64,000 nucleotides of DNA from sequence record MN871444.1; one strand, written 5' to 3'. Each line of letters starts with the position of its first letter. Position 1 is the stretch's first letter. Position numbers and translations under genes: made by a program. Of this stretch, positions 26,701 through 35,901 are shown piece after piece. Below the pieces are notes generated by a model that was given only the letters and a program-made list of their open reading frames with translations, had not been told where the DNA came from and searched no databases.

Positions 26701-28771
26701 TTGAACGTGGAGTTGGACGAGTTACAATCCCAGAGTACTCAGGTCCATCAATGAAATTATTAAAAGTATTCAATACGATTTGCCAGTCGTCGCTGCGGGC
26801 CATTTCGCATAATTCTTCCACGGATGTATTTTCAATGTCCGGTAAATCATACCCCATGATAGATGCGACTTGTTCTTTGGACCATTGAACAATTTCTGCG
26901 GCGCGTGTTGAAATATTGGGTTTATTACCCGTATCCAACAATACATTCCATACTTCAACCTGGGTATCTTGACCAATCCGGTCTGCTCGACTGATAGCTT
27001 GTAGTCTATCATGTTCGCGGAAAGGCTGGTTCAGCAGGATAACTGTATTTGCTACCGTTAATGGGACTGCGGTTGATAAGGAAGGGAAGGTAGCGACCAG
27101 AGGGTTGGCTCTAGGGTTACTTTCGAACGTATCAACCAACTTCGGCAAATCTTTATTTGTTTCTCCATAAACCAATACCGGTTGGAATCCGTTCTTTTTA
27201 AGATAGGTATTAGTTTGTTGTAGCACTTCCACATAACTGGTGAAGATGAGTGTTTTTTTCTCCGAATTAGCAATGATCTTCGGGAGTCCAGCATATTCCA
27301 CCAATGCCGCATTACACTCCGCACGCCGTTTACCCAACACCCTACCCAGTGCTTCTCCCGCCACTTTCAAATTCAAATACTTCAATACCGACCGACAATC
27401 TTTGAATTGGTTACGTAACGGCTGTTGCAATACCGGCATGATAACTTGACGCTCAAACTTATTGCAAAGTATGGCTTCTTGCTGCATCTGTTGTGGGTCG
27501 TACCCTTTACGGATGGTGGCAAATGCTCGCTGGTATTCTTTAAAGTTTTTCTTTTGGTCTGGCGTTGTGATGTGTTTTCTATACTCATCTAATCCTTGTT
27601 CGTATATCTTTTCATACATCTTCATATTCTTTTTGTAGTAAGCCAGTCGTTCATCAATGAATTTAGTCATATCCATGCGGACATAATCCAGGGTATATTT
27701 ATTACCCGTTGGAATTTTGACTTTAACCTCGTGTTCTTCTGGCACCATGTCCGTAAATTGCGATTTGGGAATGCGCATTGAAACCAATCCGATTCGATTA
27801 CGCAAGATGTCGATAGCCTTGGTGCTAGATTTCCCAAATATCTTCTTAAATCGGGTTTCCACATCTGCGGTAAAGAATGGGTCTATTGTGCTGATAAGCG
27901 GAATGGTTTCATACCCCATGGCTTTTATTGGCGTCCCTGATGCCCAAATAACGTGTTCGGCTTTTACGTTGCGACAAAACTCAACGGTGAGTTGTGTGCG
28001 CTTGGCCGAAGTTTCATTAAGGTTGTGGGATTCGTCAATAATAACCACGATTTTACGTCCACCCATCTTAGACGCCAGTTGTCTTAGTGGCTCTAGATTT
28101 TCGTGGTGGAAAATGTAATACTTGTAGTCATTGATATTGGCTGGGAGTTTTTGTTGTGCATCCCAAACAAATGCCTTTTGAGGTTCTTTGTACTCTTCAA
28201 GTAATGTTTTTTCCCACACTTTATATATTGCCTTCTTGGGCGGGAGCATCACTACAAAATCGGGTTCTACACATTCGGCGACATAAAGACTATTTAGTGT
28301 TTTTCCTGCCCCGGGCTCAGCAGCCAGCAAATATCCCCGAAGATGGTACTTCGGCACCATTTCGTTATACCGGTGTAAAAACTTGGTCTGGTGTTCCAGA
28401 GGGGGTTTCTTGAATAGGTTGAGTTTACTATAATTGAGGATGTCCGGGTGTTCTAGTGTGATATCTTTTAACCAGGATTCTTCCAACAACGCATCTATTG
28501 CTTTTTGCAAAGCCCGTTTGTTGACTCCGTGCTTAACCGGGGCATCCATAAGTTGCTGGAGCATATACAGCACTTCTACCGCAAAGAAGCTATCGAAACT
28601 TGCTTTCATTGTGGTGAGCTGGGTGAACATGTAACTAGCTAGTTTATTCGTCCCCCACGTTTTGGTGATGTCTTTACCGAACGTATTCCCAGGCAACCCC
28701 TCAAGGCTGATTGTTGTGGGCGTTTCCCGGACGGTAATATTACCCAGTAAACGGTTGAATGCAGAAAACAT
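26690..28771 (-). CDS. SF2 (SNF2/DEAD-like) helicase
   Basis: AEPGAGKT, DESH, SGTP, STAVPLT and QAISRADRIGQ motifs. Confidence 0.88.
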   Translation of the reverse strand: MFSAFNRLLGNITVRETPTTISLEGLPGNTFGKDITKTWGTNKLASYMFTQLTTMKASFDSFFAVEVLYMLQQLMDAPVKHGVNKRALQKAIDALLEESWLKDITLEHPDILNYSKLNLFKKPPLEHQTKFLHRYNEMVPKYHLRGYLLAAEPGAGKTLNSLYVAECVEPDFVVMLPPKKAIYKVWEKTLLEEYKEPQKAFVWDAQQKLPANINDYKYYIFHHENLEPLRQLASKMGGRKIVVIIDESHNLNETSAKRTQLTVEFCRNVKAEHVIWASGTPIKAMGYETIPLISTIDPFFTADVETRFKKIFGKSSTKAIDILRNRIGLVSMRIPKSQFTDMVPEEHEVKVKIPTGNKYTLDYVRMDMTKFIDERLAYYKKNMKMYEKIYEQGLDEYRKHITTPDQKKNFKEYQRAFATIRKGYDPQQMQQEAILCNKFERQVIMPVLQQPLRNQFKDCRSVLKYLNLKVAGEALGRVLGKRRAECNAALVEYAGLPKIIANSEKKTLIFTSYVEVLQQTNTYLKKNGFQPVLVYGETNKDLPKLVDTFESNPRANPLVATFPSLSTAVPLTVANTVILLNQPFREHDRLQAISRADRIGQDTQVEVWNVLLDTGNKPNISTRAAEIVQWSKEQVASIMGYDLPDIENTSVEELCEMARSDDWQIVLNTFNNFIDGPEYSGIVTRPTPRSIEW

Positions 28772-28827
28772 CAGATGCTCCTTTTATCCGCAATAAATTA
28801 AAATAGATTCAAATCATAATCGTTTTA

Positions 28828-28878
28828 TGAAAATCATCAAATAAAATAATTATAAGCCTATATAACTTAGGTGAATAA
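28828..28878 (+). repeat. About 50-bp promoter-like repeat, copy 2
   Basis: TGAAAATCATCAAATAAAATAATTATAAgCCTATATaACTTaGgTGAATA. Confidence 0.7.
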
Positions 28879-28915
28879 GGACCACTAGACCATCTGACAT
28901 TACGGAGTAATTGAC

Positions 28916-29401
28916 ATGAGCATGATCGATTTTTTACTTGAGCAAAATTATCAAGTTACAGTTACTAAAGACCGCGTGGTATTAAAAACACCCGATGGCA
29001 AAAATAAAACCATCAATCATAACGGGGACTACGATTCAGCTATTCGTGAATGGCTATCTACCCAAGAAGTCATGGGTCCGGAAATCGCAGCAATCGTCGA
29101 CCATGTAAAGCACATGTTAGAAGATGGAGGACATTCCTCGAGCGCCACATTCGAATATAAAGAGGCATTATGCCTAGTCAACATACCGACTACCCATAAA
29201 CCGCGAGCTGTGGAAGACGGTATTAAAATTACCGTACAAACAAACATGCGGGTGTTAGACGACACCACGTATGAACCACGTCTTGAGGAAATTATCTCGG
29301 CGATAAGTAACACGGCCTGCGATTATACCTGCGTGATTAACAAATTGCCTACCGTCGTAGGTGGTACGTATCGTTTCGAATGCATTTTTAAGAAAAACTA
29401 A
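28916..29401 (+). CDS. Hypothetical protein, shared N-terminal module family member 1
   Basis: FLLEQNYQVTV..TPDG..GDYDSAI. Confidence 0.6.
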   Translation: MSMIDFLLEQNYQVTVTKDRVVLKTPDGKNKTINHNGDYDSAIREWLSTQEVMGPEIAAIVDHVKHMLEDGGHSSSATFEYKEALCLVNIPTTHKPRAVEDGIKITVQTNMRVLDDTTYEPRLEEIISAISNTACDYTCVINKLPTVVGGTYRFECIFKKN

Positions 29402-29407
29402 CTAGTT

Positions 29408-29860
29408 ATGAGGATTAAAGAAATGACACTGCAAGATAAAATGAACAAACTGTTTGCTGCCGGTTTTACTATCACCACTGATGGGAAGAAAACAACGTTT
29501 ACCAAAACGGTGGAAGGTGACTTAAATGATGCGATCGACAATCTTCTGAATACGGGTTTCGTACAAACGAATTCTCCAATCTATGAGGTGCTTTGGGATA
29601 ATTATTGTTCAGCATTAGTACCTTGCATAAAACAGTTGTTTGGTAGCAAACACGAGACAGCGCCAACGTTCGAGTTTACTTGTAAGTTTGGGTGTTACGA
29701 GGCCCTCCGTAGAGGTGATTTGGTTTACCTAATAAATAAATTTCCTACCGCTTACGACAGTGAAAAGCAATTTGCCGAGGAACTACACAGAGTGTTACCG
29801 TCAGAGTACTATATTGCTGATATTATCAATAACACCATCCGTATTGCGCAGGCGGCATAA
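29408..29860 (+). CDS. Hypothetical protein, family member 2 (start may be 29423)
   Basis: KLFAAGFTIT..EGDLNDAI. Confidence 0.6.
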   Translation: MRIKEMTLQDKMNKLFAAGFTITTDGKKTTFTKTVEGDLNDAIDNLLNTGFVQTNSPIYEVLWDNYCSALVPCIKQLFGSKHETAPTFEFTCKFGCYEALRRGDLVYLINKFPTAYDSEKQFAEELHRVLPSEYYIADIINNTIRIAQAA

Positions 29861-30077
29861 AAGGGAGGGGCTAACCACCCCTCCCGGTTTTACGAACGTT
29901 TCGCATCCCGACACATTAGTCGGCACCGCAGTTCCAGTTTCACGACAACCACGTACATTACGCCAGAACAACAGCAATCTCGGTGAAAGCTAGGTTCGGC
30001 TAACTCACACCTCAGCATACTACTGCTGATTAGTGTAATTTTTAACAGATAATCTCAACAATAGAGAGACATCAAAA

Positions 30078-30575
30078 ATGAACAATCAATTATTTAATCA
30101 GCTTCTTAATCGCGGATACCGCATTACTTTTACGAGCAGTCAGGTCATGTACACGACCCCCGAAGGAGTTTCCAAAACACTCCAATATGCTGGGGACCCG
30201 GATGACACGCTACAGGCAATCTCTAACGGGTTGGAAAATAAAATCCCCGATGAGGCAACACTGGGGCTTTGGAATCAGATTGTGGGTAACTTTAAAAACC
30301 CGTGGGCGGCGGTTCTTCAACTTACCTGTCCATTGGATGGTGGTCTGGTCAAAGTAGGTCCGATTCAGCCGCTATCACAAATAAAAGATTTGAGTATTGT
30401 TTTTGAAAATGTCAGTAACGTTCGAACTCATGGCGACGCACTGATTCAACAGTTACAATTAAATGGCATTCAAACCGCCTGGGTATTGCATGCCCAATAC
30501 CCGACACTGTTAGCAATGACTAGTGGGTTTTGCCCAACCGGTAATTCATCCGGCATGCCGTTTGGCGTATATTAA
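30078..30575 (+). CDS. Hypothetical protein, family member 3
   Basis: QLLNRGYRIT..TPEG..GDPDDTL. Confidence 0.6.
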   Translation: MNNQLFNQLLNRGYRITFTSSQVMYTTPEGVSKTLQYAGDPDDTLQAISNGLENKIPDEATLGLWNQIVGNFKNPWAAVLQLTCPLDGGLVKVGPIQPLSQIKDLSIVFENVSNVRTHGDALIQQLQLNGIQTAWVLHAQYPTLLAMTSGFCPTGNSSGMPFGVY

Positions 30576-30589
30576 AACAGGATTAACAA

Positions 30590-31399
30590 ATGACTACTGA
30601 ATTCATCAACAAACTTATTGCGGCCGGTTTTGATGTACAAACACAAAACCACGGCACTACGGTAACAGTTAGTTATACCCAGACTGGTTCGTCTCTCGAT
30701 TCTAATCTAAAAGAAATCGAAGAAAAATTCAAGTTGGTCAATGGTGACAATACCCCTGTCGATTTTTATTCAGGTGTAACCACTCTGATTAAAGAGGCGC
30801 AGACTAATCCCAATGTAGCAAAAATTATTCGTGACCACACCCACGGGGAATCCAATGACGCGGTTATTGCCGGTGACTGTGACTACATAGCCACATCACT
30901 ACGTTCAGGGGCGGACGCCAACAATGTTATCACCATTGGTTCCCGGGAATGGTTTATAGCTGGTAGGAATAATGAGTATCGACTGACTATAAATCCCGAC
31001 AGCACAATATCGATTGATGAAATGCTGCTGGTTCGGGATGCCCTGAACGCCCATCTAGGTGAACCGTGGATAGTTGTCTTCGTCAATCGCGTACATGGCA
31101 TCGAAATCATCAAACCCGACTATCATGCCATGTTCTTTACCAATCTAATCAATGCGCTACCGCATTATGAATCGCTGTCTTTTACTATCTTTGGAACGAA
31201 ATGGACATTATGCCAAAGGGATGAAAAATATCTTTTCCAGCCCAGCCAACTCTCCACATTGGAGCCCGGAGGGGTGGTTGATGCAGTACATACTGCCATC
31301 CAGCGCGAATTAGAGTCAAGTGGGCTATACGAGGTTGGCCTCATTTGTACTCCGCTCGGGCCGTGCATTGATGTAGTCAAAAAAGAGAGCACTAAATGA
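30590..31399 (+). CDS. Hypothetical protein, family member 4
   Basis: KLIAAGFDVQ..GSSLDSNL. Confidence 0.6.
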   Translation: MTTEFINKLIAAGFDVQTQNHGTTVTVSYTQTGSSLDSNLKEIEEKFKLVNGDNTPVDFYSGVTTLIKEAQTNPNVAKIIRDHTHGESNDAVIAGDCDYIATSLRSGADANNVITIGSREWFIAGRNNEYRLTINPDSTISIDEMLLVRDALNAHLGEPWIVVFVNRVHGIEIIKPDYHAMFFTNLINALPHYESLSFTIFGTKWTLCQRDEKYLFQPSQLSTLEPGGVVDAVHTAIQRELESSGLYEVGLICTPLGPCIDVVKKESTK

Positions 31400-31671
31400 A
31401 ATCGATTAAAGTTACTCGTGGTGAATACCACAACGAAGGAAAGAATGCTGCGGCCATCGCCGAAATGTTTGGCGTAACGCCAGATCGCTTTGAGGCCTTT
31501 TGTCGTCGGGGTCATTTCATTAAACCCTTCGGCGTATTACCTAATACCGACATGCCGGGTTGGCGTACCCTCGATGTACTGAAATGGGCGGCCAATCAAG
31601 CTGGCGTTAATCTCGGTACCGCAATCAAAAAATATGAGGCAGGTAAACTGCGTCAACTCATCACTCTTTAA
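31396..31671 (+). CDS. AlpA/excisionase-like winged-HTH protein
   Basis: AAAIAEMFGVTPDRFEAFCRRG..P.GWRTLDVLKW. Confidence 0.55.
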   Translation: MKSIKVTRGEYHNEGKNAAAIAEMFGVTPDRFEAFCRRGHFIKPFGVLPNTDMPGWRTLDVLKWAANQAGVNLGTAIKKYEAGKLRQLITL

Positions 31672-31686
31672 CTCAAAAGGTACGCT

Positions 31687-31863
31687 ATGGAATCTTTGGA
31701 TAAAATCACCATTAAGCAGTTAGCGACTCATCTGGGCATCAGCGTTTCCACCGTGCGTAATCGACTGTCGAAGGGAAAACTCCCTAACCCAACTGAACGA
31801 CGCGGTGATCAGTTGTTCTGGAATAAGTATGATTTACTGGGTTGGGGGATTGATATCCAATGA
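31687..31863 (+). CDS. AlpA/excisionase-like HTH protein (58 aa, not in ORF track)
   Basis: MESLDKITIKQLATHLGISVSTVRNRLSKGKLPNPTERRGDQLFWNKYDL; AAGG RBS. Confidence 0.65.
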   Translation: MESLDKITIKQLATHLGISVSTVRNRLSKGKLPNPTERRGDQLFWNKYDLLGWGIDIQ

Positions 31864-32291
31864 CGCTTTTAATTAGGCACGGCGCTGGCACTGATGTTGT
31901 ATTAAATTACAACACGCCGGACCGCATGTTTCAAGTAATCATGGAAGAGTCTGATGCGGGCGATGTGGTTTTCAAAACCGACAATCGGTTGCGGTGCTAT
32001 AATTACCCGTCAACCGTGTCCTTCGGCGAGAAGGCACTTATTCAACAAGCACTGGATGAATGCGTTCATTATGAAGGGTTAGGTGTCCCGCAATTCATCT
32101 GCCACTCTCTCGATGCGGGTGGCATAAAGCTTGAACGATTCCCTTCAAGTCTTTTGACTGCGTATTGGTCGGTATTTGACGTCAACCTTGTGGTTATCGT
32201 CAATTACAGTCATTACGATGCTGATGGTATTGTTGAGCCGTCATTGGCGGGTCGACTAAATACTTTACTGAAACCCCACTTTATTATGTAA
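31860..32291 (+). CDS. Hypothetical protein
   Basis: ATGA coupling with the upstream gene. Confidence 0.55.
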   Translation: MTLLIRHGAGTDVVLNYNTPDRMFQVIMEESDAGDVVFKTDNRLRCYNYPSTVSFGEKALIQQALDECVHYEGLGVPQFICHSLDAGGIKLERFPSSLLTAYWSVFDVNLVVIVNYSHYDADGIVEPSLAGRLNTLLKPHFIM

Positions 32292-32346
32292 TTTGTAAGG
32301 GTAGGGATGTCCCTACCCTTCTATGCTGTTAAAAGGAAATCTTACT

Positions 32347-32793
32347 ATGCACGTGAAACTTGTTGAAAAACCAGTAAGCGTTAAGAAAGCCTATTACGCA
32401 CTGATGGTGCGCAGCGCCAATAACCGGGTCGCCAAACACCAGTATGTGATTGTCCAAATCACAGACGTCCCTAAAGATGCTAATTTGGCATCTATTTATC
32501 TGGAGTTTAACCAACATCCGGATAAACCAAAAGGCTATACGACCGACGCCACTAAATTCGGGTTGGCTACCATCTTGCCAGTACCGGGGTTATCGTGCGC
32601 TGCACTGTATATCGGCATGACCGAGGTCGCTCGCATTTATAGTCAGCCCACCATCGGTTCTACTGCAGTGGACTTGGCAATCAAAACCCTCTATATGACC
32701 CCAGCACCAAATATGGCGCTGAGACCAAATGCCATTGAACAACTAGCCGCATTGGGTGCTTTAGTTGCTCCAGGTGCCGTGTGGCGTTTTTAA
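32347..32793 (+). CDS. Hypothetical protein
   Basis: AAGGA RBS before ATG 32347. Confidence 0.55.
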   Translation: MHVKLVEKPVSVKKAYYALMVRSANNRVAKHQYVIVQITDVPKDANLASIYLEFNQHPDKPKGYTTDATKFGLATILPVPGLSCAALYIGMTEVARIYSQPTIGSTAVDLAIKTLYMTPAPNMALRPNAIEQLAALGALVAPGAVWRF

Positions 32794-32819
32794 TATCTTA
32801 CCTTACTGAGGATAGTACC

Positions 32820-32942
32820 ATGACTAAAGTACAGCATCTTGCGATTTGGAATACTGTGGCCTGGATTGTTTTAGCCGCCCTGGTGACAGGGGTGTGGCAT
32901 GCATACCCCTACGTCGTCGCTGCATTAAAATACTTGTTCTAA
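32820..32942 (+). CDS. Small membrane peptide (40 aa, not in ORF track)
   Basis: MTKVQHLAIWNTVAWIVLAALVTGVWHAYPYVVAALKYLF; GAGGA RBS; followed by a terminator-like hairpin. Confidence 0.5.
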   Translation: MTKVQHLAIWNTVAWIVLAALVTGVWHAYPYVVAALKYLF

Positions 32943-33023
32943 TAATACGAGATCCGTAAGGGGGTAGGCATTAGCCTACCCCCTCGACCAGCTCTTTAAT
33001 TTTTTATTTTTTTGGAGCCTAAC

Positions 33024-33539
33024 ATGCACCAATTCGTATTAGTGGGTGGGCAGTGGGTGCCCGTCAGGTCAGACGCCATGCAAGCTATGAATGATGCCTG
33101 TTCGACAGCGGGGCAAGTACTCAGAACGGATACGTCAGCGACGCCAGTTAAATTTTCCGGTGGGTTCATCGTCAACGAACTAAGTATCGTGGTTAATTCG
33201 ACAGAATTGGCGGCACAGCAGACGGTTAACGCAGCGTCAGATTTAATTTCTCCGGTCATTAACATTCAAACGAACAGTGTTTATAAGTATAACACTACCA
33301 CCTCAACCTGGGCCATCGACGCCACTGACTCTATCGCCAATTACCTGTCCCCAGGACTACACTACCATAATGACACCACAGGTCGGTTGTTTTTTGCTTT
33401 GGATAATACTTCCCTGGTGTATATTGGTAACCGGGGCGTCGCAGCTGCGACGGATGCTGAAGCCATCGCCGGTACCCGAACGGATGTCGCCATCACTTCC
33501 ACCCAAGCAAAACTGGCTTGGACTACCTGGGGGGTATAA
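33024..33539 (+). CDS. Tail-fibre-repeat-like protein, paralog A
   Basis: C-terminal AATDAEAIAGTRTDVAITS. Confidence 0.55.
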   Translation: MHQFVLVGGQWVPVRSDAMQAMNDACSTAGQVLRTDTSATPVKFSGGFIVNELSIVVNSTELAAQQTVNAASDLISPVINIQTNSVYKYNTTTSTWAIDATDSIANYLSPGLHYHNDTTGRLFFALDNTSLVYIGNRGVAAATDAEAIAGTRTDVAITSTQAKLAWTTWGV

Positions 33540-33544
33540 TACTC

Positions 33545-34048
33545 ATGCCTGTTTATAAATCGATTAAATATGGCTCTTCGTTTATTTCGGTCAGTTCGGA
33601 TACGCTCGCGCCACTAAATGCGTTGTATGCGACCAGAACATACGGGCTATTGTTTAAAGATAATAGTTTGTCTTTTCTGCAATATACCCCAGAACGGTTG
33701 TACAATACCGCACCCTACGTGGTTGATACGGCATCTGAATTGAGTGCGGTCCAAGCTGCGGCAACCACAGGTTATATTGTCAACATGAACACCGCAGAAG
33801 TATACACCTATAGTGGTGGGAGTTGGACAATATCGACCGATAACACGTTGTATTTGTCTCTGATTAAGCCTGGGCGGTTATATCGCAATACCGTGACTAA
33901 ATTCACGTTCTATGCGAATGCTAACCAAACTCTGTTTAAAATGTTGGGCGTCGATCGAGGGATGGCGTCACAGACAGACGTAACTAACGGTACTGGCACC
34001 CAATGGGTATCACCACTAACATTGGCCAACGCACACAGGAGCTGGTAA
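33545..34048 (+). CDS. Tail-fibre-repeat-like protein, paralog B
   Basis: C-terminal ASQTDVTNGTGTQWVSPLTL. Confidence 0.55.
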   Translation: MPVYKSIKYGSSFISVSSDTLAPLNALYATRTYGLLFKDNSLSFLQYTPERLYNTAPYVVDTASELSAVQAAATTGYIVNMNTAEVYTYSGGSWTISTDNTLYLSLIKPGRLYRNTVTKFTFYANANQTLFKMLGVDRGMASQTDVTNGTGTQWVSPLTLANAHRSW

Positions 34049-34051
34049 GTC

Positions 34052-34537
34052 ATGGCTGAGATTAATGAATTCGTTAAGTATGGTAGTGGTCGCCAGCAAG
34101 TTATTTCTCCGGATACTTCGGGTCTGAATGCTTTGGCCACGACCAATCATTCTGCGGTTATCACGGGAACCAGTTCTGTTACCCCAATAGCGCTCACCGA
34201 TATTGCTGACGACCTGCTTATTGTCCCCGCTTCTGGGGTTACAGCAGCTCAATCTGGAAATGAAGACTTCGTGGATGCCGACAACCTTTTACTCTACGTT
34301 TATGCCAGTTCTGGTTGGAGTACGGTTGCATTGCCTACGGCGTCCATTCGTCCGGGGAAACATTTCTATAGCACCACATCGAAAAATATCTACTACTATG
34401 ACCCTGCAACTGCTGGCATGGTTTTGATTGCCTCTATGACTCCGGAGTTTGCGACAACTACGGATATCACTGCAGGCAGCGCAGGTAATTTACTCATTTC
34501 CCCTTACCTGTTGCGTTATGCGTACGACCATCGTTAA
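34052..34537 (+). CDS. Tail-fibre-repeat-like protein, paralog C
   Basis: C-terminal ATTTDITAGSAGNLLISPYLL. Confidence 0.55.
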   Translation: MAEINEFVKYGSGRQQVISPDTSGLNALATTNHSAVITGTSSVTPIALTDIADDLLIVPASGVTAAQSGNEDFVDADNLLLYVYASSGWSTVALPTASIRPGKHFYSTTSKNIYYYDPATAGMVLIASMTPEFATTTDITAGSAGNLLISPYLLRYAYDHR

Positions 34538-34557
34538 TCCCGCGTAGGAGTTATCCC

Positions 34558-35166
34558 ATGACTGACATCAGTAATCAATACAGACCTATGGGCATTACCG
34601 TAATCAACCCACATACCGAATATCGATATTTTGAGGTGGGTGGGTATCCACTAATGTTAGTTATGCGTGATGGGATTGCCGTAGGGCAATTAGAGTTTGA
34701 TGTGCTGCCTCCGTTTGGTGAATATACCCGCGTAGTATTAGATCCTAGCGGTGAAGGAAACTTCACAATCATGTTTATGTCATGGATGCACTTGGACGAA
34801 GGGGCTTTAGACGAAGATGAGTTGTGTGCCGCCGAACTTCATTTCATGGACCTGCTGGGATACCCTGAAGATGCTCCGACCTATGCAGGGCATTTGGACT
34901 GGGCCTTTGCCTCACCCAGTGAAGCCATCATCTATGTTATCGAAAACCCCGACGACCCAGAGTGTATCGGTTCGCTGATTATGAAGTATGAAGTTCAAAA
35001 CACAGACGTCCACATGTTTTATCAGCCTGCTAAGAAATGGATACCCTCGTTCATGATGGAGGTTAATTCTACCAACACATTGCGCGGCTGGTGTGTCAAC
35101 ACGGCCAGCCAAATTCAAGATTTAGCCGTAATGCATTTTCCCGGTAGTGGGGAAACCATTCACTAA
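34558..35166 (+). CDS. Acidic hypothetical protein
   Basis: AGGAG RBS. Confidence 0.6.
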   Translation: MTDISNQYRPMGITVINPHTEYRYFEVGGYPLMLVMRDGIAVGQLEFDVLPPFGEYTRVVLDPSGEGNFTIMFMSWMHLDEGALDEDELCAAELHFMDLLGYPEDAPTYAGHLDWAFASPSEAIIYVIENPDDPECIGSLIMKYEVQNTDVHMFYQPAKKWIPSFMMEVNSTNTLRGWCVNTASQIQDLAVMHFPGSGETIH

Positions 35167-35513
35167 ATCCGGCGGGGTGCAGGGTATAATTTCGTATAAC
35201 AGATCTAAAAGGGTAAACCTATAACGTGGTTATTTTTATAAAAATAAAACGTTATGGCTTTTTCAATCCTGGGAGAGCTTTTGCTCTCCCATTTATTTTG
35301 TCTTCCCTAAGTCATAAAAAAATACTTCGCTTATATATAGAGTGAGCCGCTATGCGAGCGAACGATAAAGACCCTTAGAAATAAGGCCGTTATCCGAAAA
35401 CACCCAAAGGGTTTTCGGGGGAAAGGGGGTTTAAGAAATTGGGAAGGGAAAGGATTGTTAAGGAAAGGGGAACCTTTTTGATCGTATTTATTCATTGAGG
35501 GGGGTAATACGCC

Positions 35514-35861
35514 ATGTATTCTAGATTTATTGAAGCGGATAACAAATGGGATTTTCTTAAATCCATGCCTGAGGTGGTAGAGATCTTACCAACAGACTCC
35601 CAAACTAGGGCCCGATGGTATACTGACGTTAAATTGTTTACGACAGACCTTATTGGTGGATATACCCAAAACCCATGCCTGGTCATTCCTGCGATGAAGT
35701 ATCCAGTTTTTGAAGCGAAACGAGGGAAATTTTTAAGAGAATACTTTAACCTTCGTTTTGTTCAAGTAGGGAACTTATGCGTTATTACTACCTGCGCCAG
35801 TGATTATCCGCCCACTTACTTTTGCGATGTCAGTGAGCGTTGGAAACAATTACATCACTAA
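35514..35861 (+). CDS. Hypothetical protein
   Basis: GAGGGGG RBS; ends at a bidirectional terminator. Confidence 0.55.
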   Translation: MYSRFIEADNKWDFLKSMPEVVEILPTDSQTRARWYTDVKLFTTDLIGGYTQNPCLVIPAMKYPVFEAKRGKFLREYFNLRFVQVGNLCVITTCASDYPPTYFCDVSERWKQLHH

Positions 35862-35901
35862 CAGCATAAAAGAGAGGCCGTCGAGCCTCTCCCTATGCCG
35901 T
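35859..35901. terminator. Bidirectional terminator with AACAGCATA / CTATGCCGTC flanks
   Basis: GAGAGGC..GCCTCTC stem between convergent stops. Confidence 0.7.

Noticed and set aside
29980-30035. Possible hammerhead ribozyme (GAAA...UC...CUGAUUA)
   Set aside because: The core is CUGAUUA rather than CUGANGA, and stems I and II do not close around the cleavage triplet
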